Positions 46,277 through 54,200 of a stretch of 64,000 bases of DNA are shown here, piece after piece. Position 1 is the stretch's first letter; the number at the start of each line of letters is the position of its first letter. The translations under genes were made by a program, and so were the position numbers. Below the pieces are notes generated by a model. It saw only the letters and a program-made list of their open reading frames with translations. It did no database searches and was not told the DNA's origin. The stretch is taken from the sequence record MW812341.1. One strand, 5' to 3'.

Positions 46277-46546
46277 TCAATACACGGTGACCGTGTAATA
46301 GTAATTACGTTGCGGCCAGCGCACACAGACGGCTACCAGGTTTCCATCCTCATCATGATAATGCACCACGCGGGCTTTGTTCTCTTCGATTGGGTACACC
46401 GGCGTCCAACCTCTATGGTTTTTCTCCATGTGTTCCCAGAACTCATCTTCACTCCCACGGTATTCGCGAATCCGAGGAATCTTCGGTTTCACTTCATCGG
46501 GGAAGAAGTATTCGAACAGACGTACAGCAAATGGTTTGCGTTTCAT
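46277..46546 (-). CDS. Hypothetical protein
   Basis: 89-aa ORF, GGAG RBS. Confidence 0.7.
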   Translation of the reverse strand: MKRKPFAVRLFEYFFPDEVKPKIPRIREYRGSEDEFWEHMEKNHRGWTPVYPIEENKARVVHYHDEDGNLVAVCVRWPQRNYYYTVTVY

Positions 46547-46577
46547 AGCGGCAGCTCCTGTGTAGCGGCGGGCCAGG

Positions 46578-47177
46578 TCATAATAAACGCAGGGACTCTA
46601 GCCAGGCCGCTCCATCATCGACATGATTGTAACAAGGAATACCACACTGCTTGGCGTACTTAACGCCCATGGCAGTACCGCCGGTAGGTTCCCCGCGTTT
46701 GTTCAATGGGGCTGAGTAATACACAGCATCCACCGGGGTGTCCAACTGGTCACCCATAATGATATTCAAATTACGCCCGTGGAGCGCCCAGGCGAAGTCC
46801 TGGAGCTTATCAGGGTAATCATGCAGCTCACGTACGATATCACGGTAGCGTGCGTCCTGTGGGATTACACGGAACTCTACGTTAGGGTGTTGCTTCGCTA
46901 ACCAGAGCTTCTTATCGTCAGGCAGATAACAAATGAATTTGTCATCCCATTCCACACGTTTACCGGTGTCCTGGTCGTACGTTGAACGCCACTGTTGGGC
47001 GAAACGGAATTGGAGTTGGTCAGGGCCTTGCCAGCACCCGCCAGAATCATACTCAATCTTGTAGCCACGGTGATGCAATGCATTGAAACCACGAAGCAGG
47101 TTCATGTACATTTCGTTCATGGTATCTGCGTCGGTTTTACGGGAACCAATAACAGCAATACGGTACAGTTTTGACAT
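46578..47177 (-). CDS. SLOG-family (DprA/YpsA-like Rossmannoid) protein
   Basis: IAVIGSR, SGGCWQGPD, HGRN..I.G, GGTAMGVKYA..GIPCYN. Confidence 0.75.
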   Translation of the reverse strand: MSKLYRIAVIGSRKTDADTMNEMYMNLLRGFNALHHRGYKIEYDSGGCWQGPDQLQFRFAQQWRSTYDQDTGKRVEWDDKFICYLPDDKKLWLAKQHPNVEFRVIPQDARYRDIVRELHDYPDKLQDFAWALHGRNLNIIMGDQLDTPVDAVYYSAPLNKRGEPTGGTAMGVKYAKQCGIPCYNHVDDGAAWLESLRLL

Positions 47178-47190
47178 GGGTGTGTCCTCC

Positions 47191-47217
47191 TATATCACTG
47201 ACCCGTTACGAAAAAAA
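47191..47217 (-). promoter_or_regulatory. Class-2 motif variant TTTTTTTCG-N14-TATA
   Basis: Same spacing; upstream of the SLOG gene. Confidence 0.4.
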
Positions 47218-47245
47218 TAAGAGAACCTCTCCCCGAAGGGAGAGG
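47211..47245 (-). terminator. Intrinsic terminator
   Basis: CCTCTCCC-TTCG-GGGAGAGG plus T tract. Confidence 0.8.
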
Positions 47246-47254
47246 AGCCAATAC

Positions 47255-47650
47255 CTAGTAGCCGTATAACGGATACCGGGCGGTAATTACATCGCCCAGA
47301 TAGAACGTTAACACCTGGGTAACTATCGTGCGCTTACCTAAGATAGTAGGGTCAGTAAGCGTCGCGGTAATAGTACCACTGCAACTTCCTGCATCGATGA
47401 ACTGATACGTCTGTCGCTGGATATTGATGAGATAAAAACCGCCGCCAGGACACTTCTCCTCACGACCGAAGTTCACTACCGCAAACCCACCGTGCTCTAC
47501 CACAGTCTTAGGATTGTCGATTTTACTGAACTCCACGCGAACGTCGCCCGGATTAGCTGGTTTAAAACCAGCCATCTGACTCGGGTCAAACGCTGCGGAA
47601 ACCGTAAACGAAATTACTGCTAGAGTAGCAGTCAATAAAGCTCGCATCAT
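47255..47650 (-). CDS. Putative secreted/periplasmic protein
   Basis: Sec-type signal MRALLTATLAVISFTVSA-A; two Cys in mature part. Confidence 0.7.
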   Translation of the reverse strand: MMRALLTATLAVISFTVSAAFDPSQMAGFKPANPGDVRVEFSKIDNPKTVVEHGGFAVVNFGREEKCPGGGFYLINIQRQTYQFIDAGSCSGTITATLTDPTILGKRTIVTQVLTFYLGDVITARYPLYGY

Positions 47651-48132
47651 ATCTTGTTATCCTCGACCATATAGGGTTGAAGCCAGTCCTGTTGCTCTAA
47701 CCGTGGAATCATCTTTTGTGTCGCAGGTGACCAACGTAGAGCTTCAGTGAACTGTTTTTTGAAGTGATGCCAGTGATAAGAAAATGGTTTCGTGCGGAAA
47801 CCCGCCTCTCTTAAAACTTCTTCCCATTCCAACTCGCGGATGAACTCGTCCACAACCATAAGGACTAAGGCTTTCCATCTACTGCGCCGGAAGTGCCGAC
47901 CCAGGTGTGTCCTGAGTTCGGTAAAACATTTTCTATTACTGGGCCTTATTGCTGGTGTAGTCTTTATAATTTTTTCTTCCCGCCAGTTCTCTGTGGAGAA
48001 GATGCGTATCGGTACCCCTCGTAAAGTTGAATTAGCGATATTCAACTCACACCCAGATACAACCTCCGCACAGCGTACTGGCTTTGCCTGGAGGTCGTCC
48101 AGGCTTCGTGTCTCGTACACAACACGTATCAT
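47647..48132 (-). CDS. Hypothetical protein (start MIRVVY)
   Basis: Start chosen to avoid overlap with the upstream GNAT. Confidence 0.65.
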   Translation of the reverse strand: MIRVVYETRSLDDLQAKPVRCAEVVSGCELNIANSTLRGVPIRIFSTENWREEKIIKTTPAIRPSNRKCFTELRTHLGRHFRRSRWKALVLMVVDEFIRELEWEEVLREAGFRTKPFSYHWHHFKKQFTEALRWSPATQKMIPRLEQQDWLQPYMVEDNKI

Positions 48133-48148
48133 TATTGTACTCTCGCGG

Positions 48149-48628
48149 CTAGTAAATACCTCCGGCCATCGAGAGGAAGATAGGCACGCTGGAAGCAAAC
48201 GTTTCTAACTGCTTCTCCTCCGATGGAATCGATGACGGTTGCGAAACTGCATTCGTCATACGAAAGTATCGGCGATCCGCATGATCCGTATACCAGCTCG
48301 TGATTTGCCAACCCATGCGATGAAAGAAACAAATCGCATCAGTCGCAGACGGTAGCACTTTACACCAGGCCGTCTTCTTATCCGACTGCTGTAACAGGTA
48401 GTTGACCAGGTAGGTTCCCGCCCCACAATGACGCGAAGCTTCGGGCACCACCAGGTAAATCAAATGACCTGGTTCCCACACCATTATCCCCATCACGTTA
48501 TCATCTTCAACCGCCATGACGATATTCACAGGGTTGGCGCGAATCGAGTTTAGTTCTTCAATCCAACTGCGTAGTCCCGGATAGGTCTCCGGGGATATCT
48601 TATCGATACTGACAGAGATAATCAGCAT
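48149..48628 (-). CDS. GNAT family N-acetyltransferase
   Basis: YLVVPEASRHCGAGTYLV (motif A), AICFFHRMGW. Confidence 0.85.
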   Translation of the reverse strand: MLIISVSIDKISPETYPGLRSWIEELNSIRANPVNIVMAVEDDNVMGIMVWEPGHLIYLVVPEASRHCGAGTYLVNYLLQQSDKKTAWCKVLPSATDAICFFHRMGWQITSWYTDHADRRYFRMTNAVSQPSSIPSEEKQLETFASSVPIFLSMAGGIY

Positions 48629-48636
48629 GGGTGCTC

Positions 48637-49242
48637 CTAAGAGAAAATAACCTCGTACTCGGAGGTCAAGAATTTAGACATAGGTATCATTAACAATCCG
48701 CCCGAGAGCATGTCTTCATCCACACCCTTCGATCGCTTCGTGTGGTAAGCGTGCACCGTATGGAAATACGTGAACACGGACATCTCTTTATAATCCACGG
48801 TTGGTCTTACCCAGCGGACTTGTAAGTAATCTTCCCGCCAAGAGAAGCTGACCCCGTGGTCGAATACCTGCGGCAGTCTTTGTGCAAAGTTGGGGACTAA
48901 GTCGCCATCCACTACATCGTACTTACCGATAAGGGTGTACGGTAGTAGGAGGGTATGGCAAGCGGCCTTTAATCGACCGATGATGGCTTTCAGGTCTTCA
49001 TCAGGAACAAAAGGAATAGCTTCTTTCAGTTTCACGAACGCCATCCCCTGGAATGGGGGCGTCCTGTAGCTGTAATCCCACGGCACTGTATCGTAATAGG
49101 TAAACATGAGTTCTTCTAATACGGCCTTAACCATCAACTGGCGTTCGGCTTTCTTGAACTTACGCTTCTCTAAATCACTGATACCTTTCAATACAGCCAG
49201 CGCTGGAATCAACAGAGTGCGAACTCTCAATTGTGGTTTCAT
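48637..49242 (-). CDS. Hypothetical protein
   Basis: 201-aa ORF, AGGA RBS. Confidence 0.8.
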   Translation of the reverse strand: MKPQLRVRTLLIPALAVLKGISDLEKRKFKKAERQLMVKAVLEELMFTYYDTVPWDYSYRTPPFQGMAFVKLKEAIPFVPDEDLKAIIGRLKAACHTLLLPYTLIGKYDVVDGDLVPNFAQRLPQVFDHGVSFSWREDYLQVRWVRPTVDYKEMSVFTYFHTVHAYHTKRSKGVDEDMLSGGLLMIPMSKFLTSEYEVIFS

Positions 49243-49264
49243 AGTGCGGTCCTGTTATTGTTTA

Positions 49265-49290
49265 CACATAAAAGCAACATGACGTAAAAA
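49265..49290 (-). promoter_or_regulatory. Class-2 motif TTTTTACG-N14-TGTG
   Basis: Upstream of 48637..49242. Confidence 0.5.
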
Positions 49291-49321
49291 GAAAAATAAA
49301 ACTCGCCCCCGAAGGAGCGAG
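49286..49321 (-). terminator. Intrinsic terminator
   Basis: CTCGCTCC-TTCG-GGGGCGAG plus T tract. Confidence 0.75.
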
Positions 49322-49325
49322 CTTG

Positions 49326-49901
49326 TTACTTCTGTGTGTTCGACTTCGACGGATTCGATGCGGTGGACTTCTGGAGTCTCGCCTCTACTACCTTGGCTCC
49401 CACGCTTAGTGAGGTGTAGGCCAGTGTCTTAATCGGCACGGTGCAAAAGAGCAGCAACCCAATCAGTGGCAACAGTCCGATGGTTGCAGCATCGAACAGG
49501 TCCACGGCTTCACGGCGGAGAATATCAGTCATCATGTAAACATCAGTACCGATTGTAAACAGTACCAGAATCCAGATGATTGCCTTCACCGGGAAGGACA
49601 GGCTTGGCCACAATGTCATGATGGTTTCTTTACCGTACTTGGCATCCATCCCCTCGATTGAGCCCACCGCCAGATTCTCCATCGACTTCCCAAAGTTGCC
49701 GACCTGTTCTACAATCAGCGGACGGAGGGAAGAAAGGATAACACTGGCAGGTTGTGTGACATCAATCTGAGCGGCGGAACCGACGGCCACCACAGCCGCC
49801 TCTTTCACCTTAGTCGCTTCATCCGCGCTGAGCTTATTAGTGCCCGCTTGGATAAGAACGTCTAAGACTGTAGAGGTGGCTTCCTGTATGGTTTGTGACA
49901 T
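49326..49901 (-). CDS. Membrane protein with 2 predicted TM segments
   Basis: AIIWILVLFTIG and IGLLPLIGLLLFCTV hydrophobic stretches. Confidence 0.75.
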   Translation of the reverse strand: MSQTIQEATSTVLDVLIQAGTNKLSADEATKVKEAAVVAVGSAAQIDVTQPASVILSSLRPLIVEQVGNFGKSMENLAVGSIEGMDAKYGKETIMTLWPSLSFPVKAIIWILVLFTIGTDVYMMTDILRREAVDLFDAATIGLLPLIGLLLFCTVPIKTLAYTSLSVGAKVVEARLQKSTASNPSKSNTQK

Positions 49902-49905
49902 GGTT

Positions 49906-50565
49906 TTAGCCCCTGAAGCGTCTACGTTTCCGACGAGATTTACCCGACTTCGGTTTCTTGGGCTTTTTCTCCCTCGGAGGGAGCAGACTATTTAAATTGA
50001 GTAGTGAAGTCCTCACAAAGATATTCCCAACAGCTACGCCATCGATGCTGTGCTCATCTAAGGCAGTCAGGTCTATTAAGGTGCTGTGTTTATAGAGGTT
50101 GGTGACCGCCGCAAACATATGCGTTTTATCGGTCCCCTTGGCCTCTACGCCCACAAAGGATTTCACAATAATGGGATTATAACCATGCAACGTCATACCA
50201 GGGTAGACACGCCACAACGTGCGACGCAACATCAATTGCAATTCTACACCAGATTCATAGGCGGAAAGCTTGGAGCGCTGCATAAACGGCGTCTCTGTAC
50301 AAGCAAACGTGGGGCAAGCCAATCGTAAGAACTCTTCCCACATTTTCTCCAGATACACCATTCGGGAATCACGGCGACCTACGCATTCCCCGAACCCACT
50401 ATCGTGAGTTGGGTCACGCGCATGTATTGTTTTCGCCCAGACCACTTCGGCCATAGGTTGTCCGTATTCCCAATCCAGAACCGCTAAGCCCAGGTGACTT
50501 GTGCCGGGGTCAACCGCCACAATCCGCACCATTCTATCTGGCACACGCGGTTCAGGAATCAGCAT
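49906..50565 (-). CDS. ruvC: RuvC-like Holliday junction resolvase
   Basis: IVAVDPGTSHLG, ACTETPF, P..VK..VG..DK, DEHSIDGVAVG; basic C-terminal tail. Confidence 0.85.
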   Translation of the reverse strand: MLIPEPRVPDRMVRIVAVDPGTSHLGLAVLDWEYGQPMAEVVWAKTIHARDPTHDSGFGECVGRRDSRMVYLEKMWEEFLRLACPTFACTETPFMQRSKLSAYESGVELQLMLRRTLWRVYPGMTLHGYNPIIVKSFVGVEAKGTDKTHMFAAVTNLYKHSTLIDLTALDEHSIDGVAVGNIFVRTSLLNLNSLLPPREKKPKKPKSGKSRRKRRRFRG

Positions 50566-51452
50566 TACGACGCGTCCCCTAAGAAGAACGGTGCAGGCTG
50601 ACCCACGCGAATGGTAAGACCAAGGTTTTCATTGGTCTGTGCCAGGTTAACAAACAGAGAGATGTGATACAGTGCCTGTACACCGATAGCTTCGGTGTAG
50701 CTGAACGGAGAACCCGTTGCAGACTGTCCACTTTCCGGAACGTCCAAGCCAGAACACATGGAGATTTCAGAAATCAGGGCTTTGTTTGCAGACCCACGCA
50801 TGATAGAAGCCACGTTCAGGTATTCCTGTACGTCGAACTCTGTCCACGAGATAAAGATGTCTGCACCTGATTCCACGTAACGACCATCCGGCATCTCAAC
50901 GGTACCGTCATCATCGTAGTCGTAGTCTGGCAAGCGACCTGGGACTGGGTGAAGGTCAGCATCGGTGTACACGAAGTCGTCCGGTACCGGAACGCCATTG
51001 GTACGAATGGTTTCGATGTCTGTGGTCTTCACGGTACGCATGTCCAGCACACGCAGGTAGTACGCCCAGTAGTTACGGCCGTTGATATTGACCTGAGTAC
51101 GGAAGCGGTAGTTCTTACGCTGTTCGTCGCTCAAGTCGTTGTCAAGTGGACGCAATACCCACGGCACTTCGGAGAACATCCCGGAGACGGTCGGACTTTT
51201 ACCAACTGGTACGAAGTCATCGATATCACCATCGCTCTCAGCACGGTGACCACGATTACCAATCGCCAGGTATTTCAGTGTTGGGCGTTCGGCTGGGTCT
51301 GGCTGACGGGCAGTCATCAGCTTATAGAACTCATTCAGAGTTGAGTTCTGCGGATACTGTACCGGCGCGCCACAAATCAGCGCAGCGGATAAACGCATCG
51401 CGCTCAAGGTAGCCGTCGACAGTTTCCCGTCGTACGTTTTACTGTTTGCCAT
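50565..51452 (-). CDS. Conserved virion structural protein (phiKZ gp127-like, from memory)
   Basis: NSTLNE..LKYLAIGNRGH..P.VLRP.DNDL..YYL pattern; position beside gp128-like and portal genes. Confidence 0.6.
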   Translation of the reverse strand: MANSKTYDGKLSTATLSAMRLSAALICGAPVQYPQNSTLNEFYKLMTARQPDPAERPTLKYLAIGNRGHRAESDGDIDDFVPVGKSPTVSGMFSEVPWVLRPLDNDLSDEQRKNYRFRTQVNINGRNYWAYYLRVLDMRTVKTTDIETIRTNGVPVPDDFVYTDADLHPVPGRLPDYDYDDDGTVEMPDGRYVESGADIFISWTEFDVQEYLNVASIMRGSANKALISEISMCSGLDVPESGQSATGSPFSYTEAIGVQALYHISLFVNLAQTNENLGLTIRVGQPAPFFLGDAS

Positions 51453-51973
51453 TAGAAAAATTCTCCAATATTGAATCCATCGAGGCTGCGCAATGTAACC
51501 AGCTCTGCGAGACGGCGTGGGGTCGGGTCGATAAAGGTGATTACAATCGTCCCTTTAAAAGAAGGATGATGTGGTTCGATTTTGGCCAGGTACAATTCTT
51601 TGGTGCTGTCAATCGGCTCCACGACTAAGTCATAGTCACCCAAATCCAGTCCTAAGGAATCGCGGATATACGGCACTAAGTAGTGGCTCCATTCAGCCAC
51701 CCCTTGCGGTACCTCTACCACTTCCCCATCCAAAAGCTCAGTCAGGTTAGCACGCGTCAGATAGAACTCACGCGTACCTGTCACCCCGTTCTTAAAGGAC
51801 GCGGCAATCTTTGACTCAACACCCTTAGCACGTCGCTCATCCTTAGTAAGCGGCCACGCACCACGGCTGTTAAATTCAATCTGATCCGGTCTATAAGATG
51901 TACCGAAGACGTAGTTAATACGGTTCAACAGTATTTCTTTCGGGGATTTCGATAGGTCTACACGATATGGCAT
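51452..51973 (-). CDS. Virion protein with family-D-type N-domain
   Basis: EILLNRIN..F..TR.NL..LL; ends SLDGFNIGEFF. Confidence 0.6.
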   Translation of the reverse strand: MPYRVDLSKSPKEILLNRINYVFGTSYRPDQIEFNSRGAWPLTKDERRAKGVESKIAASFKNGVTGTREFYLTRANLTELLDGEVVEVPQGVAEWSHYLVPYIRDSLGLDLGDYDLVVEPIDSTKELYLAKIEPHHPSFKGTIVITFIDPTPRRLAELVTLRSLDGFNIGEFF

Positions 51974-51998
51974 GGTTTTTTCTCACCGGGTTAATGCA

Positions 51999-54185
51999 TC
52001 AACTGAAGAACTCGTCCGGACGAAACCCATCCAGTGCGTATTTCTTCACTCTATCTGCAAGTGTGATTTTCGTATTCGTCAGTTCCTGGGAAACAACACC
52101 CACGGCATTCGTTTCAATATCGACACGAATGTTCTGATGGACACGTACCTGAACACCCAGGAAGACGTTCATGCAGAACTTATACTTTCTCGGCATGGAC
52201 ATCTTGGTGATTTCCGGCATGACGGCGAGCGGGTTAGCGGTCGTCATCTTCGCACGGGCACGCACTGACACTACCCCAACGTGTGGGTCGTCAATACTGG
52301 TACTCATGTCCCCCGACATGGCAATGTCGCCAAGTATCGGAGTAATGGGGTCAGTAATGTCGTAAGAGTCAGCGGACATCCTGGCAGCAAAGTGAATCGT
52401 GTAAGATGAGAGTTTCCCCATCAGCTTCACCATCGCACGTTGGATTTCGCCGTGGGACAGAGTCGCACGGTTCTCCATATTGGTACCCATGTTAAACGCA
52501 TCGGTCGCAATATCTTGCCAGGTCTCGTCTGAGATAATCGTGTAATCAAATCCCAGGTTTTGGAAGAACTCTTCGTAGTCACGATACGGGAGTTCTAAAT
52601 CACAGCGGTAGTCTTTGTAATGGTACGCGAACAGTTGGACTGCCGCAGCGCGGTCTTTAATCTTCCGACGGTTGTACGAGTAGTTGTAGCGACGACGTTT
52701 GTTGTTAATCATCGCAAAGGCTGCATCGTAGAACTCATCATTACTCAATACATCGCCAACGACTTCGTACTGCGTGTCAGCGTAGTAGTTGATGGTTTTA
52801 TCGTAACGCCCTTCCCAGCTGTCGTTCACCAGGTAGTTCTGCATTTCCTGTACACTGACCCAGCGTTTGATTTGGACGCCGAGCGCATGGAACGCCGGAA
52901 TCTTCTCTAACGCTACCCCAGAGAAACCTTTAAAGCCCGCATAAAGGTACAACGCCATCAGCTCCTTGGTGGATATCTTGATGGTATCGCCGTTAGTGGG
53001 GTTCAGGAACTCGTGGGAGACGTTGTACTGGCCTTTCGCTGTCAGGTGCAGCCATTCATTAAAGATGGCGTGCGTGAACTCCCAGCGCTCTATAGCCTCT
53101 GGGTCAATCGCAGTAACTTCCACCAGTTTCGTGGTCAAGTTCGGATACTGCGTCAACCCTAAACGGCGGTCAACGTCACTTTGATACTCAGGTTGGTGCA
53201 CGGCGTTGTTGTGGGCCAGCGGCAACTCTTTCTGAATGATGTCAGCGGTTGCTACTAAGTCCAGATCACGGCCCGAGTTACGCTCGGTGTAGTTGAGCGC
53301 TTCTTGGTAACCTACCGGTAACGGTGTCAGGTCTTCATCATTCCCCGTAGACGGGTCATGAATCTGTTGTCCCACACGGTACGCCACAGCGGGCATACTC
53401 CAGCCCGTAAAGAAGGTCTCCACCATCCAGTCGAAGATTTCTTTCTTACCTGAGTTACGTTCCCAGTAGCGGATGTTACGGTAGACCGTAAACATCTGGT
53501 CACGCTTCATGTACGGAATGAATTCATGCAGCTCTTGGTGCGATGCCAGGAACTCCGTTACGTAATAACTGTGCGTTTCCAGCGTGAACTGCTTACATGC
53601 ACGTAAGCGCATCAACATACTCGGCAGTTGCGGGAACAGCATATTGTAGAAAGCCAACACGAAGGCGTCGTTGTGAACCTTCCAACCCTCGGCCATGTAA
53701 CGGACGTGTGCTGCAATCAGCAGCTTCTCCATGTCATGGATAAATGACTGTTCCTGGGACTCTACCAACGCCGGGTTGTAGTAAAGGATAGAGCAATCTT
53801 GCACCGTAGTCGAAACCCGCAAGGGTACCGGCCAGAAGCATCCCTTTATATAGACCGCGTAGTCCAGGTTGGCCAAAATGAGTTGGTCGATATACTCGGT
53901 GTTGGAGCGATACACGTTCGAGGTTTTCTTATGAATAGACAGGTTAGCTGTCGTCAGCTCGATTAACTCTTGTGTATCTAACGATGTGATAAGGATTGGT
54001 TGGTCGGCATCATGTCGTCTGCCTGCTAGGTGCAGGTAATACCGCCATGTGTTGCGGTCACTCGACACATAACCGCCATTCTCGGTTATGGCCAGATTCA
54101 TCTGCTGTGCAATTGTATCTGATTTAATAATCAGAGACTTCGCCAGCTCGATGTTCTGGTCTCTAAAGATATTGAACCTCTGCAT
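51999..54185 (-). CDS. Conserved virion structural protein (phiKZ gp128-like, from memory)
   Basis: TWRYYLHLAG..H..D..I.I.SLDT..I; 728 aa; divergent from portal; ends ALDGFRPDEFFS. Confidence 0.65.
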   Translation of the reverse strand: MQRFNIFRDQNIELAKSLIIKSDTIAQQMNLAITENGGYVSSDRNTWRYYLHLAGRRHDADQPILITSLDTQELIELTTANLSIHKKTSNVYRSNTEYIDQLILANLDYAVYIKGCFWPVPLRVSTTVQDCSILYYNPALVESQEQSFIHDMEKLLIAAHVRYMAEGWKVHNDAFVLAFYNMLFPQLPSMLMRLRACKQFTLETHSYYVTEFLASHQELHEFIPYMKRDQMFTVYRNIRYWERNSGKKEIFDWMVETFFTGWSMPAVAYRVGQQIHDPSTGNDEDLTPLPVGYQEALNYTERNSGRDLDLVATADIIQKELPLAHNNAVHQPEYQSDVDRRLGLTQYPNLTTKLVEVTAIDPEAIERWEFTHAIFNEWLHLTAKGQYNVSHEFLNPTNGDTIKISTKELMALYLYAGFKGFSGVALEKIPAFHALGVQIKRWVSVQEMQNYLVNDSWEGRYDKTINYYADTQYEVVGDVLSNDEFYDAAFAMINNKRRRYNYSYNRRKIKDRAAAVQLFAYHYKDYRCDLELPYRDYEEFFQNLGFDYTIISDETWQDIATDAFNMGTNMENRATLSHGEIQRAMVKLMGKLSSYTIHFAARMSADSYDITDPITPILGDIAMSGDMSTSIDDPHVGVVSVRARAKMTTANPLAVMPEITKMSMPRKYKFCMNVFLGVQVRVHQNIRVDIETNAVGVVSQELTNTKITLADRVKKYALDGFRPDEFFS

Positions 54186-54200
54186 TATTCGGAGACCCCA

